Source: Centroscyllium fabricii (taxonomy: Eukaryota). Taken from it: DNA of 64,000 nucleotides. Position numbers and translations under genes: made by a program. Shown here one piece after another: positions 59,401-64,000 of the stretch. Each line of letters starts with the position of its first letter. Position 1 is the first letter of the stretch. The DNA lies in contig JBNRSN020000034.1 of the NCBI GenBank assembly GCA_051313645.2, positions 23,994,001-24,058,000 on the forward strand. Direction: 5' to 3'. Under the pieces are notes generated by a model. That model was not told where the DNA came from, did no database searches, and saw nothing but the letters and a program-made list of their open reading frames with translations.

Positions 59401-62400
59401 GAGATTGTTTTGGAAGGTAGTTTGGAGATGGGTTTGGAAGGTAGTTTGGAGAAGTGTTTAGAAGGTAGGTTGGGGAAGTGTTTGTAAGGTAGTTTGGAGA
59501 AGGGTTTGGAAGGTAGTTTGGAGAAGGGTTTGGTTGGTAGTTTGGAGAAGGGTTTGGAAGGTAGTTTGGAGAAGGGTTTGGAAGGTAGTTTGGAGAAGGG
59601 TTTGGAAGGTAGTTTGGAGAAGGGTTTGGAAGGTAGTTTGGAGAAGGGTTTGGAAGGTAGTTTGGAGAAGGGTTTGGAAGATGGTTTGGAGAAGGGTTTG
59701 GAGAAGGGTTTGGAAGGTAGTTTGTAGAAGGGTTTGGTTGGTAGTTTGAAGAGGTTTTTGGAATGTAGTTTGGAGAAAGCTTTGAAGGGTTTGAATGGTA
59801 GCTTGGTGAAGGATTTGGAAGGTAGTTTGAAGAAGGGTTTGGAAGGTAAATTTGAGAAAGGTTTGGAATGTGAAATTGAGAAGGATTTAGTATGTAGTTT
59901 GGAGATTGTTTTGGAAGGTAGTTTGGAGAAGGGTTTGGAAGGTAGTTTGGAGAAGGATTTGGAAGGTTGTTTGCAGAAGGGTGTGTAAGGTAGTTGGAGC
60001 CGGGTTTGGAAGCAGGTTTCGGGAAGGACTTGGAAGTTAGTGGGAGAAGGGTTTGCAAGGTCAATTTGAGAAGGGTTTGGAAGGTAGTTTGGGAAGGGTT
60101 TGGAATGTAAATTGGAGAAGTGTTTGGAAGGTAGTTTGGAGAAAGGTTTGGAAGGTAGTTTGTGGAAAGGTTTGGAAGGTAGTTTGGAGAAAGCTTTGGA
60201 AGATAAATTTGAGAAGGGTTTGGAAGGTAATTTTGAGAAGGTTTTGGAAGGTAGTTTGAAGAATGGTTTGGAAGGTGGTTTGCAGAAGCATTTGGAAGGT
60301 AGTTTGGAGAAGCGTTTGTAAGGTAAATTAGAGAAGGGTTTAGAAGGTAATTTTGGGAAGGGTTTGGAAGCTAGTTTGGAGAAGGGTTTGGAAGGTAAGT
60401 TTGAGAAGGTTTGGAAGGTAGTTTGGAGAAGGATTTGGAAGGTAAATTTGAGAAGGGTTTGTAAGGTAGTTTGGAGAAGGGTTTGGAAGGTAAATTTGAG
60501 AAGGGTTTGTAAGGTAGTTTGGAGAAGGGTTTGGAAGGTGAATTTGAGAAGGGTTTTGAAGGTAGTTTTGGGAAGGGTGTGGAAGGGCATTTGGGGAAGG
60601 GTTTGGAAGGTAAATTGGAGAATGGTTTGGAAAGTAGTTTGGAGAAGTGTTTGGAAGGTAGTTTGGGGAAGGTTTTGGAAGGTAGCTTGGGGAAGGGTTT
60701 GGAAGATGGTTTGGAGAACGGTTTGGAAGGTAGTTTGAAGAAGTTTTTGGAATGTAGTTTGGAGAAAGCTTTGGAAGGGTTTGAATGGTAGCTTGGTGAA
60801 GGATTTGGAAGGTAGTTTGAAGAAGGGTTTGGAAGGTAAATTTGAGAAAGGTTTGGAATGTGAAATTGAGAAGGATTTAGAAAGTAGTTTGGAGATTGTT
60901 TTGGAAGGTAGTTTGGAGATGGGTTTGGAAGGTAGTTTGGAGAAGTGTTTAGAAGGTAGGTTGGGGAAGTGTTTGTAAGGTAGTTTGGAGAAGGGTTTGG
61001 AAGGTAGTTTGGAGAAGGGTTTGGTTGGTAGTTTGGAGAAGGGTTTGGAAGGTAGTTTGGAGAAGGGTTTGGAAGGTAGTTTGGAGAAGGGTTTGGAAGG
61101 TAGTTTGGAGAAGGGTTTGGAAGGTAGTTTGGAGAAGGGTTTGGAAGTTAGTTTGGAGAAGGGTTTGGAAGGTAGTTTGGAGAAGGGTTTGGAAGATGGT
61201 TTGGAGAAGGGTTTGGAGAAGGGTTTGGAAGGTAGTTTGTAGAAGGGTTTGGTTGGTAGTTTGAAGAGGTTTTTGGAATGTAGTTTGGAGAAAGCTTTGG
61301 AAGGGTTTGAATGGTAGCTTGGTGAAGGATTTGGAAGGTAGTTTGAAGAAGGGTTTGGAAGGTAAATTTGAGAAAGATTTGGAATGTGAAATTGAGAAGG
61401 ATTTAGTAAGTAGTTTGGAGATTGTTTTGGAAGGTAGTTTGGAGAAGGGTTTGGAAGGTAGTTTGGAGAAGGGTTTGGAAGGTAGTTTGGAGAAGGGTTT
61501 GGAAGGTAGTTTGGAGAAGGGTTTGGAAGGTAGTTTGGAGAAGGGTTTGGAAGGTAGTTTGGAGAAGGGTTTGGAAGATACATTTGCGAAGGGTTTGGAA
61601 GGTAATTTTGAGAAGGTTTTGGAAGGTAATTTGGAGAAGTGTTTGGAAGATAAATTTGAGAAGGGTTTGGAAGATAAATTTGAGAAGGGTTTGGAAGGTA
61701 ATTTTGAGAAGGTAGTTTGGAGAAGGTTTTGGAAGGTAAATTTGAGAAGTGTTTTGAAGGTAGGTTGGAGAAGTGTATGTAAGGTCAATTTGAGAAGGGT
61801 TTGGAAGGTAATTTTGGGAAGGGTTTGGAAGGTAGTTTGGAGAAGGGTTTGGAAGGTAGTTTGGAGAAGGGTTTGGAAGGTAGTTTGGAGAAGGGTTTGG
61901 AAGGTAGTTTGTAGAAGGGTTTGGTTGGTAGTTTGAAGAGGTTTTTGGAATGTAGTTTGGAGAAAGCTTTGGAAGGGTTTAAATGGTAGCTTGGTGAAGG
62001 ATTTGGAAGGTAGTTTGAAGAAGGGTTTGGAAGGTAAATTTGAGAAAGGTTTGGAATGTGAAATTGAGAAGGATTTAGAAAGTAGTTTGGAGATTGTTTT
62101 GGAAGGTAGTTTGGAGAAGGGTTTGGAAGGTAGTTTGGAGAAGGGTTTGGAAGGTAGTTTGGAGAAGGGTTTGGAAGGTAGTTTGGAGAAGGGTTTGGAA
62201 GGTAGTTTGGAGAAGGGTTTGGAAGGTAGTTTGGAGAAGGGTTTGGAAGGTAGTTTGGAGAAGGGTTTGGAAGGTAGTTTGGAGAAGGGTTTGGAAGGTA
62301 GTTTGGAGAAGGGTTTGGAAGGTAGTTTGGAGAAGGGTTTGGAAGGTAGTTTGGAGAAGGGTTTGGAAGGTAGTTTGGAGAAGGGTTTGGAAGATACATT

Positions 62401-63630
62401 TGCGAAGGGTTTGGAAGTAAATTTTGAGAAGGTTTTGGAAGGTAATTTGGAGAAGGGTTTGGAAGATAAATTTGAGAAGGGTTTGGAAGATAAATTTGAG
62501 AAGGGTTTGGAAGGTAATTTTGAGAAGGTTTTGGAAGGTAGTTTGGAGAAGGTTTTGGAAGGTAAATTTGAGAAGTGTTTTGAAGGTAGGTTGGAGAAGT
62601 GTTTGTAAGGTCAATTTGAGAAGGGTTTGGAAGGTAATTTTGGGAAGGGTTTGGAAGGTAGTTTGGGGAAGGGTTTGGAAGGTAGTTTGGGGAAGGGCTT
62701 TTGGAAGGTAGTTTGGGGAAGGGTTTGGAAGGTAGTTTGTATTAGGTTTTGGTTGGTAGTTTGGAGAAGGTTTTGGAATGAAGTTTGGAGAAAGCTTTGG
62801 AAGGGTTTGAATGGCAGCTTGGTGAAGGATTTGGAAGGTAGTTTGGAGAAGGTTTTGGAAGGTAAATTTGAGAAAGGTTTGGAAGGTAGTTTGGAGAAGG
62901 GTTGGGAAGGTAGGTTGGGGAAGGGTTTGGAAGGTAGTTTGGAGAAGGTTTTGGAAGGTAAATTTGAAAAGGGTTTGGAAGGTAGTTTGGAGAATGGTTT
63001 GGAAGGTGGTTTGCAGAAGCATTTGGGAGGTAGTTTGGAGAAGGGTTTGGAAAGTAGTTTGGAGAAGGGTTTAGAAGGTAAATTTGAGAAGGATTTGGAA
63101 GGTAGTTTGGAGAAGGTTTAGGAATGTAGTTTGGAGAAAGCTTTGGAAGAGTTTGAATGGTAGGTTGGTGAAGGGTTTGGAAGTTAGTTTGTAGAAGGGT
63201 TTGGAAGGTAGTTTGGAGAAGGGGTTGGAAGGTAATTTTGAGAAGTTTTTGGAAGGTAGTTTGGAGAAGGGTTTAGAAGGTATTTTGGAGAAGGGTTTAT
63301 TAGGTAAATTGGAGAAGGATTAGGAATGTAAAATTGAGAACAATTAAGAAAGTAGTTTGGAGACGGTTTTGGAAGGTAGTTTGCAGAAGGGTTTGGAAGG
63401 TAGTTTGGAGAAAGCTTTGGAAGGGTTTTGAATGGTGGTTTGAGGAAAGGTTTAGAAGGTAAATAATGAGAAGTGTTTGGAAGGTAGTTTGTTGAATGGT
63501 TTGGAAGGTAGTTTGGAGAAGGATTTGGAAGGTTTTTTGTAGAAGGGTTTGGAAGGTAGTTTGGAGAAGGGTTTGGAAGGTAGTTTGGGGAAGGATTTTG
63601 AAAGTAGTTTGAGAGGTATGTTTGAGAAGG
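47460..63630. repeat. 24-bp (2 x 12-bp) G-rich, C-poor tandem satellite, consensus TTGGAAGGTAGTTTGGAGAAGGGT
   Basis: About 16 kb of continuous monomers. They produce the LEGSLEKG / WKVVWRRV / PNPSPNYL periodic ORFs. Confidence 0.98.
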
Positions 63631-64000
63631 CAGGGCATGACACAACCATTTGCCTGCTTGCCCGGGGCAAGAAAAATGCGCCGAAGGGCAAGCAAATGAA
63701 AATCACACTTGCCCGATGCACTTCACATTAACGATGATGACGGATATGGGTGGGTGGATCCGGCGCTGGAGGCGGATGTGGATTGGCCGAGAGGCCCGGC
63801 TGGCGTGGCGGTCGATTGGAGGAGGTGGCGTGTCAATCGGAACAGGGCAGCAATCAAGTTAGGTGAAGCGGGCTGATGGAACGCGGCAAGAGTGGGTCGG
63901 TGCCGTCGACCCGCTGAGGGTGAGAGAAAAAACCATAGTGGCTTCTGAGAAGAAAAAAACCTAACTACTCGGCCTTTATTTTTTCGATCAATTATAAAAT
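63631..64000 (+). mobile_element. Probable end of a hAT-like DNA transposon (continues beyond the window)
   Basis: Abrupt switch from satellite to CAGGGCATGACA, with subterminal CTTGCCC/GGGCAAG motifs (palindrome 63657-63671, also ~63686 and ~63708). The other end is not visible. Confidence 0.45.

Noticed and set aside
58569-61583. 1004-aa minus-strand ORF and other LEGSLEKG / PSKPFSKL ORFs
   Set aside because: Translation of the 24-bp satellite. The peptide register switches at indels, so no reading frame is under selection.
47460-63630. Telomeric repeat array
   Set aside because: G-rich, with GGGTTTAG-like words, but no tandem TTAGGG; the period is 12/24 bp.

Overview
Repeat-dominated vertebrate genomic DNA, very probably from a shark or ray (inferred from HE1-type V-SINEs, HER1/CR1 LINE tails and L2 3' ends). 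No host protein-coding gene can be supported; every long, protein-like ORF is retroelement-derived. Layout: CR1/L2 fragments and a 204-nt N gap (1-4.2 kb); a ~26-kb array of a 30-bp satellite (GTGAAGATCAGTCTGTTTATATTGTACATT, ~4274-29990) with eight insertions (two Rex1/Babar LINEs, a full-length Gypsy LTR element, a solo LTR, an HE1 SINE, two GGG..CCC MITEs, a Penelope fragment with a hammerhead-like motif) and a CR1 LINE at its right edge; a three-level nest (CR1 containing an HE1 SINE and a CsRn1-like Gypsy, the Gypsy containing a SINE-like insert; 30-37 kb); ~10 kb of old repeats and TAAT-rich candidate conserved non-coding DNA; and a ~16-kb C-poor 24-bp satellite with kb-scale duplications, ending at a probable hAT end. 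The most notable observations are: the 14.8-19.3 kb Gypsy element has no tRNA PBS, and its leader is a perfect 14-nt complement of its own LTR poly(A)-signal region; TE families enter the 30-bp satellite at family-specific phases; and two paralogous satellite blocks give reciprocal empty sites. I did not find a clearly novel multi-gene system. All family assignments come from motif recognition, not database searches.
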